From NCBI GenBank assembly GCA_051294905.1, contig CM119381.1:2232001-2296000 (forward strand): DNA of 64,000 nt. The letters run 5' to 3'. The DNA comes from Botryllus schlosseri. Lineage: Eukaryota. Positions 1 through 15,004 of this stretch are shown here, piece by piece (within the stretch, counting starts at the first letter, position 1; each line of letters starts with the position of its first letter). Both the position numbers and the translations under genes were made by a program. The notes below the pieces were generated by a model. It made no database searches. It was not told the origin of the DNA and saw only the letters and a program-made list of their open reading frames with translations.

Positions 1-50
1 CACAATAAACCGCTGTACGCTGTTGTGTATTAATCGTTTTTCTTTTTCAG

Positions 51-119
51 GTGATCCGTGCGGTTACAGTGATAATTCCGTCTGATAAGGATGGAAGTGC
101 CGCAAATCATCCGCTTTGA
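51..119 (+). CDS. Candidate terminal coding exon of an upstream gene (product unknown)
   Basis: Strong polypyrimidine tract and acceptor ttttctttttcag|G at 50/51. Phase 0 reads VIRAVTVIIPSDKDGSAANHPL*; an alternative phase reads GDPCGYSDNSV*. AATAAA at 606-611. No recognisable homology. Confidence 0.25.
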   Translation: MIRAVTVIIPSDKDGSAANHPL

Positions 120-1042
120 ATCATGAACAAATCCTATCTACAGATAGAATAGATTTGACAAGAGGAAAGTTTCCATTAAACCGCCGTCATCTGGAGATTT
201 GCGCATAATGCGCGCCGTAATTCGTTGCCCGGGGCGGGTCTCGAAGCTAATCGTGACATATCTCCGTCTACCATTGTAAACAATGTCGATGTTCCTTTAT
301 CCTGTTGTTCAATCGCACTTTCGCTGCTCGAACCTGCACGCGGGCGTGCGCGAAGGGCAATATTCAAATTGCACTTACAGATAGATCGAATCGGTGAAAC
401 GAGTCTACTGCACAGTGCACATTCGCGCGTCCTTTCTCCTGACGTGTGGAGATTTCGGCAGATTAACCGATACGTGCTGGGAGCCTGTTTACACAAAACG
501 TCTTCTGACGAAGCCTGTATCGAGTTTAATTGCCAGATTAACCGAGGCCATTCCGAGAATACAGCTCGATGAAAGAGTTTGGATCTATTCGATTCAAAGG
601 GTCTAAATAAAGTCGATCCTATAAAACAGAGATATCTGTATAAGTTCTAGTTTTAGATATCCCTGCGACACAATATATCCGTGCGAACTGTTGGCCGCAT
701 TGATGATTTTGGGCCGAACCGTTCTGGTTTGACGAGACATAGGCTACTGTTGAAATGTCGCCAGCACGCAATGTTACCTGAACATTTTGCAGAAAACCAA
801 ATCAATTTGCTTTTATAAGAGGCGCGAGACAGCAAAATATTGTTATTGTAATTCCATCGGCCATTTCTTTGATAAGAATGCTCTGGCTGATAACTCATCG
901 CTAGAGGTCTAACATATTAGATTTGTTGAGATTAGTTCAAGTCTAGATGCAATGAACTTGAGGACTGTAGCATTCGTCTTTAGAAGCCGATGGTAACTGT
1001 AAAATCTAATTCATTTTTGAAGAGCTTCTCTTCAAAATTGGG

Positions 1043-1149
1043 TTGAATAGTATATTCATATTGAAATAAACCCGACTAGTTGCTGACGATTACCCCTGAC
1101 AAGCAGCCGCAAATATTCGGGTTTGTTTCAAAATGAATATGCTATTCAA
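1043..1149. mobile_element. Foldback family A, internally deleted copy
   Basis: ttgaatagtatattcatattgaaataaacccg ... cgggtttgtttcaaaatgaatatgctattcaa inverted ends; same sequence as the full copy at 60622-60849. Confidence 0.8.
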
Positions 1150-4100
1150 TTCAATTTTTACATCCATTGCCAGTGAGTTTCTTTTACAAACATGTTCTGT
1201 ACACGCGAAAAACGCGATCTTCAATGTCGTCTACACATGAATCAATAGAGGACGAAGTGCCGAATGTCTACTATGAACGGAAGACACGTGCATGAGCAAA
1301 CCGCGCATTTAAAAAGATTGGCTTTGATTTTCGTTGGCTGGAAGTCGCTGATCTTGCACGGACTGGGAACGTAGAAGAATTGTTAAAATAATTACGAATG
1401 GGCAAGTAAAAGTAGGAGCGCGTCTATACCAGGAAAAATCAATATATCCCGCGAAAATATGGATTTATTCGCAACGCTGCCGACTTGGTGTTTGTGTTCT
1501 ATATACGATTACTAATATAGTAGCACATCAATTTCCCACACATATACTCGCGAGCATCATACTCTCGTCCGTGCCAAAGTATATATCGCTTGAAGCAGTC
1601 ATCACGTAGCTGTAATGTTCCAAGCAGACTTGCTGGCGTCTGTGTCGATGTGTTTACCTAACATAGCAGAGGGCGTGATTTAGGCGCGTTGTTATAGTAG
1701 TACAATGTGGAAACCTACTGATATGAAATTGATATTAAACCACAGCTACTAATCTTATTGTCAGTTCCGTGAAAATATCTGTGCTCCTTCGCAGGATATG
1801 CAAAGGCAATGTGAAATCGCTGTACGTTGTACTTCGGGCTTATCGAATGCGAATCCAAAATATACGGATGCAAACATGGTAGTACGATACACAATATTGT
1901 CTCTGGTTTATCCGCTCCTTAGGTTAAATCCCAGACGCGCTCGGCGATTTAATCTATAATCCGTCAATATCTTTGGCAGTGTCTGCATACAATCGAAAGA
2001 GTTAATGATGATGCTGTTAAATTGGCAAATTAACTAATCCGTCAACGACCGACTAAATATAGTAGGCCTACTTGAGCGTGACTAAGGGAGCGATTGCAAT
2101 CGGGTTAAGCCAGTGCAGAAGGGATTCAACATGTGTCGCCCAATATACATGCTACGATAATCGCTGCACGCCATTTGCCAATTCCCTCTGTTGAGGCAAA
2201 ACGTTTTAATGATCGAAGTGAGCCAGGCGCGACGCCGACAGAGTAAATCCACTCCTATTGTCAGGTCCCTGTGTCAGGTCATAGAACCCACGCGGGATGG
2301 TATAATCTCTGGTCAAATCACTGGCTGGTGTTCGTTTGCTGAAAATAAATATCCAACAAAGGCGATCGTCTCTGTCCTCAGTCTGAATAGCGCCGCACTG
2401 CAAACACAGTATCGCAAATCCTTGTGGACTTAAGTGTTTGCTTATCTCATGAGAGAGCTTATGGCAATTGCTGCTAGACTTGCTCAATGTAAGCAGCTTA
2501 TGGCATCGCTTTTAATATGTTGGCGAAAAGTTTCTAAAGTGAATCCTGAAAGAGGCATCTGCGTACAGCGCAAACAGCCGAGTTACGACTGTAGCTGTCT
2601 GCCTCTAGCTCATTGAAACTATAAGGTACCTTGATCGCTTGAGTATTGCTTCTTCCATTGGTTATGGAAATGTGATTCTGGCAACACCTCTTTTATTGGC
2701 GGGATTCGGGGACCAAGTTCCTTCCACAAGTTTGCCCGGTCTGCAGTGGTATCCTTCAAATTGTGTGTGCCTCATTATGAGAAATCGCTTTGGCAAAGAA
2801 TAGAGCTGTCAAGATGATGTAACGTGGATTACATCTCAACCATTTATCTTTCGCGACAATAAGATATTGTCGGACATTGGGTTTGGTCAACGTCTCGCGA
2901 TAGAATACTTGAGATAGGGCCCGACTGATATCTGCCTCCCACCGACATTAACTGTCACTCCTACAATTGTTTTAAATGATGGGAAAATATTGATTCATAA
3001 GGACCACATGACATGACTTCTCGACAGAAAATGCTGAAAAACTGTGATTCATGAACTGCAAGTTTACGCCTTTAGAAGTACAAGTACTAGTTTTCTACTG
3101 AAATGTCACATTATTTTGAGTGAATGGAGTTTATACGGGGTATGTTTTTAAAATTACTGCCACTAATAGGAAGTTGAAGATCTCCTTTGAGGTACAGAAC
3201 TTCAATAATAATAAGAAGCTATGGTTGAAATATGTCACATATCAGCATAAATATCGGTATGTCGACAACATGATGTAATGTGTGATATCGGTAACAGTCC
3301 AGAATTCTGATAATCGTCAGTCTCGATAATCTCTGCGAGTCTCCAAGATCCAAGATTAGAAAATCCTTCACATATGCTCATTCTCACACTCAAAAACGCT
3401 AGCAGGGCCACGCACGAGCGCCGAGTAGTATATCTGAGCTGGGCGGGATATTTCCACGCATAAATCAAGTACGCCGCTTTCGCAACTGGTCATGTGTGGC
3501 CCATATCCCACTTGGCTGAAATATAATCCCGACAACAATCGCGTCTGGATAGCGAAACAGGTTATGTGAGACTTGGCGTTGGCTCATAATGGGGCATGAT
3601 GCTACAAATGTTACGATACGCGTGTGCCTTGTGTGCGAACCATTATTTAATTAATATGAGGGGGGGGGTGTTATGTCATTCAAGGCAATGTATAATTGCA
3701 CTTTATATTATAGTGTAAGGCACACCGCAGGTAAGAAATTTACTACATGAAATTGCTTTCAGCAGAATTACAAAATCGCATTATGACACTATGCTTTATA
3801 TACCGTAATATAGTCGATGCCAACATCGCGTTTCCACATCGAGTAAGTTTGATAAATATCATACCTATATGAAACGAATAATGAAGACGACGTTATTGTT
3901 TTATTCATTTCACAATATTTACTTGCGAATCTCAGTTGCAGACATATCTAATACCAAAGGAACGTGATAAGGGGTCAAGTTATCTTGCTTAGCGCCGAGT
4001 CCTGCGACAATACTCCTATATATCATAATTTCGCCATCGCGCCGTGGAATTGTACCACACGCCCCCCGTGATTCATTGAGGCGAGAGTATTTGCGATCCT

Positions 4101-7100
4101 ACCCACACAAAAGCGATACGTTCAATAGGCGTGCAATGTCCGTAAACAAACAAAATTTATGAATAGCACGAATGAATTCAAGCTCTTTGTACGGAGGCTG
4201 CGGGTAATTTTCGAGATTCAGCGCTTTGCAGAAGCTGCAATCCCTGATTCATTAGGTTATGTTACAAATGTGAAGTACGTTAACGGTGAATAGCGCCGTT
4301 GGCTATTCTTGTGAAGGTTTTACTGAATTGCCCGCAGCTCATATACACGGTCAAGGGGGGCCAAGAAGTGGAGAAACACCGTCGTGGTAGACTGGTGCGT
4401 GGAGTGGCGAGTGGTGATCCTCGGCGGAAATATACTTTTAAAAGACACGCCGACTGTAAGAGTATCTCTGCGCCGCTCACGGGTCGCCGGATTTTCTAAT
4501 GAACCTTCACTTGTTTCCAAGCGCGGAGGAAGACTCACTCGCTGCGCTGGCTAGAATTACTAAGAAAGAATTCCGAAATTATTTGCTGTCGCACGCCCAA
4601 CAGATAATCCCGTCTTGAGAAGTCCTCTTCTCATGGTGCTGCTCAGATAATACCGTAAGGCAGCTTATAACGTGTTAAGATCGATATCGCGTATGCCTAT
4701 GGGGAGAAGACAGTCATGTTTGAAACACAGTATTGAAGGCGACATACGTTAAACGCCTATACCTCTTATTCAGACTGATAGTTGTATAACTATAGACAAC
4801 TAACCTGCAGATAGTAATCTATGGTTTAACGCGGCTCAGAAATGACTTTTTCTGCGTAACAATGCACATTACACTTCACTGTGAGTTCCTGTGCTTGGGC
4901 ACTTCGAATCGTGCTATGCAAGTAGTTAGACTGTGTGGAAATTCAACGTGTCGATCTATCGGTCTGGCTCTAGTTTTCTTCATTGGTGCATTAGACTGAT
5001 TAGAGTTCAAATTTGGCATGTAAAAATATCACTTGACTGGCTGTTCAAGAAGTGACTGGTAAGTGTCGAAACGACTGATTCCAGTACAGTACCGGTAGGC
5101 TTAATCACAGTGATCAGCTGTTCTATGATTTTCATCCGCTCAAGAGTAGGGGTCTTCAAAAATGACTTTTTTTCTCAAATTGTACTGGCTACTTGATAAA
5201 ATTATTAGGTTATCTAATTTAAGCCTACACACCAAATTTGGTTCAATTCCAACCAGTAGCCGCATTGCTACAGGAGAACAAAGTTTCTATTTATTACATC
5301 AAAATATATTGACAAAAATTTCAAAATTTTCTGTTCACCCCATGAAAGTGTTAGGTTGTCTATAGAAATGATGTTCACCAAATTTGGTTCAGTGCATATT
5401 TAGTGAGTAGGCCTACATTACACGTGAGTTGCAAGCAACAACAACACATCGAACCTAGTGTTACTTGTGATCATACATCCACTTCAGAAGCATTAAAATG
5501 CATCGCGATGAGTCCTGACGCGGTTGACTGTTCCAACTATGATCTGGGCCGCTTAATCATTGATAATACCATGCTCTGATGTAACAGATGCGTGCGTTGG
5601 CAACGATGTACAGTAAGGTCACGCACCGAATGATACAATGCACCTTCACACGCCTCAATTCGGAGATAATGATCTACGAAAATTGGTTTAATGAAGCGCT
5701 CTAAACGTGCTGTAAACCTAACGTATAATTTATTCAATGAGCAATGAAGTCTTCACTTCAACCAACATCGAATCGCGGTACGAAAATGCACAGACGACGC
5801 TTGGAAGTTAAACACTGGTGCATCCAACATGCCAACTATCCACATGGTTTATTGTTGTTTTTTCCACCTCAAGTGCCGTGAAGAGAGGAGTAAGATAACG
5901 AAAGACAGTGCGCCGGCATGAAAAGCGTTTTTACACATAGTCGTTATCGCTTTCTTCCTAAAGTTTTTGTGACCACAAAGACCACGAATTCAAGATCTTG
6001 AATAGATTGACAGATAGGAGAGCTAATAAACCGTGAAGGCTTCGCCTCTCGTTCCCGGGGCGCCGTGCCAATTGTACTGAAACTTTTGCACAAAACACCG
6101 CTACGGGTTAATGCCGAGTAAAAGACATAAATATTAGCCTCTCGAGCGCTTTTTTCTAAATCTTTCTCTTTTATATATCTATCGCAACAAAAAGCTGCAT
6201 ATTATCTGCGCGGCATCGCGATATCCGACGGGCGTCTCAAAACAAGAGGCCAAGAGTGCGGTTATTAGAATTTAAGTCAAGTAATCCGCGCCTGTGACGC
6301 AAATGGATGAAGATTGAGATACAATTCTAGCGTAACAAAGTTTATGTTTAAATTTAGTACGAAACTGTTAATATTAATAAAACCCAACGTCACTTTTGAC
6401 AGGATATAAAAAGCATCATTTCCTTATGAGTAGCATTACGTTCCGTCGTGATATTACGGATATGCTCCTCATCACCGCAATAATGAAATTCCTTCTTATA
6501 AATTCATCAGACTATTTTGACGCTTCTATGCGTGATGTTGTCAATTGTTGTGTGTATTAGCCTACCGTATATTCATTTCAGTCGTTAAAATACACGCACT
6601 GTGCAAACTCCAACACAAGTTCTAGCTGGGTTGATGCCCTGAGAGTTGAAATGGACATATTAGTCGCTTAAGAAGGTGTAGTGAGATAAAATTATACTAA
6701 AGTATGAATAGAAGTACAATGCTCCTCTTTGCTATATGGAAACCAACGGTATTAGATGAAATGCTGAAATATTGTCAGTTATTGAAATCGAAATTATATC
6801 CAGTCAGTATTAGATTTTTTATCAGATCAAAACACCACAAGATTGCAATAAAATGAAAATACACGCTTATGGACATGACGGAAATTCTAAAATTAACATA
6901 ATTGTATGCCCCTTGAAGAGATATATTATTTCTGACGCTAGAAAACCCAGATCCTTCCCTATCGGTGGTATGCAGTGCTTTCTTGAAACATTGTAACGAG
7001 GAAGCGTGCAGTGTGCAGACTGTGCAGTGTGCACACAGCACAGGCAATTCGAACTAGCCGAACGAAATCTTCTGTCGTGAGTCAGACTAAACCAGCCGGA

Positions 7101-7139
7101 GGGTTGTATATTGCCGACCTCTGCTTTAGGGGTTCTATA

Positions 7140-7394
7140 CCAATACCAAAAAATCATTACCGAAAATGGACTTTACCGAGAATGCCGTTACCGAGAATGG
7201 ACAGTGACATTAACGAGAATAGCCAACGCCGAGAATCTAACTCACTGAGACGGACATTGTCGAGAAATTTATACCCTAGAATCGACACCGAATGTGTGAA
7301 TTCGCGTTTAAGTTCTTGGCATTGTCCAGTTCATACTCGGTAATATGCATTCTCGGTAATGTATATTCTCGGTAATGGTTTTTTTCGGTATTGG
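7140..7394. mobile_element. MITE with ~28-bp TIRs and CCGAGAAT subterminal repeats
   Basis: ccaataccaaaaaatcattaccgaaaatg at left versus cattctcggtaatggtttttttcggtattgg at right. ccgagaat repeats on the left, attctcgg repeats on the right. No clear TSD. Confidence 0.75.
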
Positions 7395-10153
7395 CCGGAC
7401 ACCAGCTTTACGCTCACCGCAGACGGACTCCAGCAAGCACCTCTTTATGGCTTTTGTGAGTGGGCTGTTCTGGTTCAGCAATGAGATAATGGCATCATGT
7501 CTGCTACAACGGCTATTAGAAAAGGCCGGGACAGTTGCGTGATTAAGACACATTTCATGTCGCGGAAACGTCGAGTAGAATACGTCGTAAATTACCATTT
7601 TATGAGCAGTGACATCGTCTAACGAAATGCCAATTGGATTATATTAAATACGTTTATTACATTGGCGCTTTCGTAAATCATTGAGATGACTGTAGCAGAG
7701 GGAACAAACTTGTGTGTCGATTGTCATGCTTTCAACATAACCAACGTTATGCCTTCTCGTAAATTACGCTGTCATGGGTTGTGAGCAAATTCGGCGTTCC
7801 TTGATTACACATATTCCCAGTGTGTGGCACACTTTAGTATAAATATTGCACCATCCTATATACTTGACCGTTTTCGTGGTATACCAGACGATTCACTTCA
7901 CAATATACCCGTGAAGTGATGCTGTGCGAAGTAGTAACCCAGTTTCTGGCTAACATTAGCCTGGTACCGGGTTTTTCTCCGATTCTCTCATGACCGACCC
8001 ATTGAGTGACTAATCGATGTCGGTTGTTCTTCATTCACGAGTCACAGATTCGGTTAAACAGATTCGGTTCAACAAAATTTATGGCTGGCAAATGGCGATC
8101 GCCGGTAGCCCCGGACTGAACGACAATGACTCATCGGCACACCGAAATTTCAAATTGCTATCACGCGCCGCTGTAAAATGACTAAATCCTCCTTTCCAGA
8201 AAATTGTAACCAGTACACCGGAATTTGTGTCGAAGACCCGTTACGAAGCTCACTACAAATAACTCAACTTTGCACTGTACCCGTGCGTTGGTATCTGGAA
8301 CGATACGCGTCTTCATTTCAATCCTTTATATCGTGGCAAGAGAAATGTTGCTCAGTACTACAGAAACATCCGATACACAGCTGGTTAAGTATCATAAAAT
8401 GCCTTATGCATACACTGTTCTATTGAACCATCCACCACGCAGATTTATGTTAGAATCCACGGATCACGCAGGATCTATATCAGTACGAACGATTATGATG
8501 ATATATGTATAAAATTCAAAGTTACAACACTAAAATTGCATCTACGAAATTTCATAAAGTCATCGTGACCATTTGTTTCAACGTGCAATTGCGTTACATG
8601 GATGCAATTAGATATAGCTTGCATGCTCAAGCTCATGCGTGGTGCTGTTTAGCGTCCGATTGCGGAAGTTGATTTCTCTGTCACAACTATATTTGACCAT
8701 TCGCGCGATAAATATATCTGTGCGCGTTGTTAGCGTTCCAATTATAGTGTTTAGATGGCGGGCGTACGCCGTCTGATTCGAAAATGTTGAATGTTTCGAA
8801 ATAAATTTTACGTAGCATATAGTGTGTCAGTAACGCTTATTAGCCTAAAAGCCAGGTGATATTTTCATTATTCATAATCAGTCTTGTCGTCATACAATAA
8901 TACACACATGACATATCCCCATATATAAATGTAGTTTGCTGTCGGAGCCCATACCCAGGTTCGGAATATAGTATATATATATATGCAATACCATCAATTT
9001 TTTCAGGTTTGAGGGCATACATACCAAGCAGATACGTCTGACTCTGAAAGGAGCACCGCAGAGAAATCTCATTAGCACGTTTCGTTTAATACGTTACAGC
9101 GAAAACGAAACCTAAATATATTACAGACTTCGCATCTAAGGTTTGTGGGTAAAGATTAGACTCAAATATACAAATTCAACAGTAGACTTCGGGCTAGATT
9201 CGGACTCTCATCGGCGGTGGAAATAGATATTGATTAGGGATGACTATTATCATTCATTCACTCACTCAACACACCACAAACAGAATTGATCATTGCTGAT
9301 GCGGGCATATTTGCCTAATATCCATGGGATTAATTGGTTGAAAAAACCAAGCTATTCCCAACTGGCGTGCGGAAACAGTTAGAGTTATGAGCAAGCTAAA
9401 TAGGTTGATGATCATCGGTCTATAATTCAGCACGCCCAGCACCTGGTAATATAAAAAGTAGTTGATAGATCATTCCTCTTATATGTCTACTAAAATCGAG
9501 TTATCAAAATAGCAGAGTATAACCTTCATAATCTAACTTTAAAGGTTTATTTAGAGCCGTTGCAATCACCTATGTTCTGCGACCATGCTGAAATGAAGGG
9601 TTTCCCCTGGTAATACAAACGGTTCCACTCCCTGTGCTGTAATATTAGTCTAGACTTCATGAGTCATCTATGTTGAGCTGGTGCTAAGAATACCAACAAT
9701 ATGATCAATGGATTTGTGGACATACAAAGAGATACTCTGCCTCAGTTAATTTGTGAGGATGACTCAAATACGGATGACAAATACAAATAATTATACTATA
9801 CTGTTATCGAGTCAAGAGTAAACCGATTACCACGCGACATTGCATCTTCGATAGTCATGCAACATGTGTAATCAATGTATTCATTGAATACTATTCATAT
9901 ACTGCGTGCACCAAGTCCATCCTATATGATAGGGGGATTTCACAAGCATTGACCTGTTACGAAATCCTTGAATACTTTAAACCGGAGGAATTCAATGTAG
10001 TACATGCGTTTCTGAATGCCTGAGTAGTATATCACATAGTCTATCTTCTTCAATGTTCGGCATTTAAGTGCTTCTACTTAACTACTTTCGCTACAACTGC
10101 TTTCATAGCTATAACATACGTCCAAAAATTTAAATTGCTTCAAGCAACTTTGG

Positions 10154-10262
10154 AATAGTACATTGATATCGAACTAAACCAGAATATTTTCTGCTGATAC
10201 TCGTCAGGGGTAATCGTCAGCAACTAGTAGACAATTGGAAAAGACATCGTATATCAACAATC
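10154..10262. mobile_element. Foldback family A, single arm
   Basis: ctcgtcaggggtaatcgtcagcaactagtag core matches the left arm of 60622-60849. Confidence 0.8.
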
Positions 10263-13017
10263 GCATCACAAAATATGACGTCATCAGCATGAAATTTGGA
10301 ATAATCGGGGCGAGGAGATCACTGAAGGAGAACGTGCTTGCTATGTGATAGATGGTACACGACCCCCTCCTGTTGACACAGACTTGGTTGGCGTATTTTG
10401 ATAAATGTCGACTCCAAGGCACCCGAAGGAAAGTGTGAACAGCAGCACCCGACAAAGCAAAATCGGTTGTCTCGATAATTTTTCTCACAAACAGTCAAGT
10501 AGAAACTATTTCTACCATAAAGACTTGCTCTCTGCGCACAAGTGAAATTATTATGTGATACGGCGGGTTTTCAAAATATACTCATTCGGAAATTATGATT
10601 TACCAAGTGACATGTATCCTAGAAATTTGGCAGGTGTGGGAAGTTTTTTGTAAAAATACCCGTCACACATCGCGTCCACCTTTCATTTCAAATATATTCT
10701 CTTTGGCCGGCATAAAATAGGAGCATCCTGCATTAACATCGCATACCGCCTACGTCGACAGCTTTAAACAACATATATGACAGACATACTTTTGTATCCA
10801 AAAATAATTTGAAGGTATATACCCAGATTATCTCCCCTTGCAAAGACGAGTCTGATTATTTCATACAGATATGGTCACCATACCGTAACTATATATTTTA
10901 AACCTTATTTTAAATGACAGTGTCTTTAAAAAAAACTGTCCTGATTTATAGGATTAAGTCCTTATTTTGGACTTGGCTCCTATTTTTTTCGGTTTTCTTG
11001 AAAAGAGATCATCTTCCTTAATCAGGAGGCACTGAACCGACAAGATGACATCATTGAAGCCGTAATAATTACGACTGGTCCAAAGTGATGAGTGATGACC
11101 TTTCAGTCGGCTGTTTCCAAAATTTCTCAGTCAGATTACTATTACCCAGAATTTTCTGCTGTATTATTTGAACTCAACCCATGTCAATGTCTACCCTGCA
11201 ATATGAAATCGTAAAGACAGAAAACTCATACCGGTTTCTCCATGAAGCACATGGCAGGTGCAATTGAATCGTCATGGGTAAACTTATCAAAGGTTGATCT
11301 GGCGTATTAACACGATTTACCTTTCGTTCATGTGGTGGGTCTAAAGAAAAAGTGGCATTTGCGGTATTGGCCCTTTACATTCATATTTTCTCTACACGGT
11401 AAGCGTAGCGATAAAGCATCCCATAATGACGCAGATAAGAGTGTCAGTTTGACAATTACGAATGAACGAGATGTATCCTTCTGTCGTCACATCTTTCCAT
11501 GAAAAATTGTAAACTGCAGAGTCGATAGTACTCACTCTATCGCAAACACTCACGCATGGCGCGCAGTACGGCGTAATCTGACGAAAACTTGAGATATACA
11601 GGAGGCGTGGTTCGAGAGGGAGTGTACGCAACTAGCGTATGAATCACGTTATCACACGGACACTATCGCATGTCAAACTATCCATGGCGCAAGGTCACTG
11701 ACCGATCGTCATATCTCGACAGAGGCGTGGCGTGAAGTTCTTTCTCTGGAGAGACTGCACTTTCACATGACTCGTGACTTAGGCAGTATCTATTACGGAT
11801 GCCATGAGAAATATAGATTATTCGAATCCATGTTTGCCGCATCTGGTGAAAGCGACATTTCACGACAAGCATGGCCTTGTAGCATCCGAATTGCGAGAGT
11901 GGTGACATCATTGAAACACGGATGGCAAAAAAGCTACACAGATGGCCAAGTTTTACAGCTCCTTCCCTATAATGTCAGGAAAACAGAGGTATTTCCCCAA
12001 ACTGACTTCAAGTGATATGAATCAAAGCGTAAAATGAATTGGCAGAAATACAAGATATTCACAACACCCTGGGAGGAACCTTATCACGCCATGAATTACT
12101 TTGTGGATGCTCGCTCGTGATGTTTTCAATCGCTTGGAACAGGTAGATAGCGTTGCGACAATAAACTTTTAGCCCTTCGGGGTGTAAACTTGAAATAATA
12201 TCTGATTATTTTAATGTTCAAACTTATTAGTGGGTCATTTAACATGTACGAGATCAGTGAAATTCAACAAAGGTGTTTATGACACGCTGAACTCATGTGA
12301 ATACATTTTCTCATGGAAAGAGCTGTATAGCGACGCCGCAGTGCCGATGATTCGGAAATGCAGCAGGACAAGGTACAAAATTGCTTCTTAACGTTTGATT
12401 CTAACCTGGAGAACACTTAATATAATGCGCACGCTTTCGCGGAACCCCAAATTTCCGCTGAACCATAAAAATATACCGCGATACACATCTCGCTACACAT
12501 CGAATACAGTACTGTGGATTACTGCACAAAATGAACTGAGGGACAACAGCGAGTCGAAAGAGACTTCTGCATTTCCCTTCCAGAATCTGGTTCAGGAATG
12601 GGAGGCTCCACCTTGGACAGCGTCATCGTATCGTTCTATCGAAATACAACAGTGGGATACCAATTGCTTAATTACAAACGATCTTCTAACTAAACATTGT
12701 ATTGTATTTGTATATATTGCCACGAATATTTCCTTACGGGATGTTCATTTTCACCTGGATCGCAACTATTCTTTCCATTTGGAAGAATATTTTCGTTATG
12801 CACCACCACGTACAGAAATACAACCCCACTTTCTTATCACTACCAGGTGCCAATCCATTTGTCTTCCTGTCACATCATGTTATTTTTATTAATGACGCCC
12901 GTGATAAATAATGGAACTCGAAGCCGAAGTAGGGTACTGGAGGTTTATCTAAAGCCCGTACGCAATCTCGGCGCACTTGAAATCGAAATGGGCATCAATC
13001 AATCATATACGACGCGT

Positions 13018-13207
13018 TCGCGATAAACGAAACTGAACCTTCGCGTTATCGAATTGACATTGCGAGAAACACAGCAATACAGGGCGGAACATATTTTTGG
13101 CGGACTTTTTTCATTGAAGGTCGCGATAAACGAAACTGAGCCTTCACGTTGTCGAAGTGACATTGCGAGAAGTATAGCAATGCAGGGCGGACACATTTTG
13201 GCGGACT
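13018..13207 (+). repeat. Diverged direct duplication, ~88-bp unit, period 103 bp
   Basis: tcgcgataaacgaaactga...ttttggcggact at 13018-13106 and again at 13121-13207. Confidence 0.9.
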
Positions 13208-13858
13208 ATAGATATGTGTATGAATATTCATAGCTTGAAATGCCAATACCGCGTTTACTTGTGAAAGCCCTCGCGTATCTTATGCAATATTTGTTATCCC
13301 GACAGCGAGTTACTGGGTTAAAGATGCGATGAGGATTATACGCACCTGTCCGCAACGTAGCGGGATTAAATCCCCCGAAAGATTGCATATCGCGTTACAT
13401 TTTGATGTCAACATTGCATGTCACGTGACACCGAACTCATTCACGCTCGGAATTCTTTTGGCCCCTTTCTCCTCGTGAATTATGACAACTTGAGATACAC
13501 GGACAAACATGTGTACAATATCGCCGTGTGAACAAGCACCGGAATCCATTATTTACCCTACGAGCCCACGTGTTGCGTATATTCTTAAGGTATAGAAGTA
13601 TTATCATACGCGCCTATCTGATTTCAAAGGAGATGAATATGGGTCAGATATGATGGTGAATCGACTGTTGCCGGGTAATCTCCACAATATTAGCTACCAA
13701 AACACCGGGTTGAGTGGTGGCAAGAACATGAAGCCAGGGTTGTATTCATAGCACCGTTGCGCAAAAACAGTAGCCGTTGAACACATACACTACGTAACTA
13801 GAAGTGATTGTGACATCACGTCGTCATATTTTCAATATTTGTTTACCGCTGTGTATAT

Positions 13859-14032
13859 TAGCAACATTTTTATTGGTATGCGTTCCTCTGCTCAAAGTTA
13901 CAAAAGGGGGACCAAATTTTCGACCATCATGTCTATAGATATGTTCATTATTGGATTACTGATGTGTGTAACATAGCAACATTTTTATTCGTATGCGTTC
14001 CTCTGATTGAAGTTACAAAACGGTGATCAAAT
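13859..14032 (+). repeat. Diverged direct duplication, ~60-bp unit, period 115 bp
   Basis: tagcaacatttttatt(g/c)gtatgcgttcctctg...aagttacaaaa at 13859 and 13974. Confidence 0.9.
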
Positions 14033-14470
14033 TCCCTTCAAATACGGCGACTACCTGAGGGTATGTATTTATCAGCTATGAGTGGACGCATGAGATTGTG
14101 TAATCAATTTTAATATTCCACGCGGTCACGGCTGATTAAAAATCGTTTTGAAGGACCAATGATTTCCTCAAAACGTAAATATGCAGGTATGCTCACAGAT
14201 GTCCAAATTTCAAGCACTTAACGTCTGAATTTACTCAATCATTGTGCTGTATAGCAGTGGTATGCCACCTGTTCAATCTTGCCGACCGGTTAAATTGTAA
14301 ATTGCGGACAAGACAGGTGGCGGACAGAAATCAAACTTAACCCAAAATGTATTCGCGACAAAATATGAAACTAAAAACAAATAATTGGAACTTTATTTTA
14401 ATGAGGGGTTCGCTGCTGTCTTTTTGATATTAGACCTGTTATGCGTGGTTATATTGAAGTTTCTTTTAGG

Positions 14471-15004
14471 CAGGGGCGGGCAACTTCTCAAGTCGGTGGG
14501 GCGGCTATGGGAAAATAAAGTACTTGGCGGGCCGGATTACAGAATATATACATTAATCGCGTATTTACCCACCTATGCAAAGAATAAATCGTATTTAATG
14601 TGTATATATTCAAGTTTAAAGCACATACCAAAAATAGTATTTAAATAATCTATTAACAATAGCTGTTGAAGTCAATCAGACATCTGTGGTCGGTCAAAGT
14701 TGTCACCAAGTTCTTTGAACTCTGGCTGCATATCGCCTGTAGAAATTCTTAATAAAAACTCCACGTTAACATCAGCTATTTTGGAACGCAGCCTTGTCTC
14801 GTTAATGTTCATGGTCGAAAATGTATGTATAGACCCGAACTGAGCAAGTAGTTCATGTCCATCTTTGTCACGTTGGCAAACTTGGATTCATACTACGACG
14901 CATAAAATTTTTCAATAATTTCAGAATGGAATTTCGCTTTCAGCGCATAAACTCCCTGCGGGCCGGTCGAAACCCCTTCTGGGGCCGTATGTTGCCCGTC
15001 CCGG
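14471..15004. mobile_element. hAT (Charlie/Buster-like) non-autonomous element
   Basis: TIR caggggcgggcaac versus gttgcccgtcccgg (12/14); gcgggccgg subterminal motifs at both ends; TSD eroded. Confidence 0.65.

Noticed and set aside
627-665. 39-bp hairpin-ended object sharing the CAGGGATATCT end with 16585
   Set aside because: No flanking duplication (tataaaa versus cgacaca) and one arm is mutated, so it is not called as a feature.
10918-11034. Small element with cagtg...cactg ends
   Set aside because: TIR similarity is short and there is no TSD.
12395-12892. Longest ORF (165 aa)
   Set aside because: No recognisable domain, an alternative start codon and no supporting splice pattern; the length is compatible with chance.
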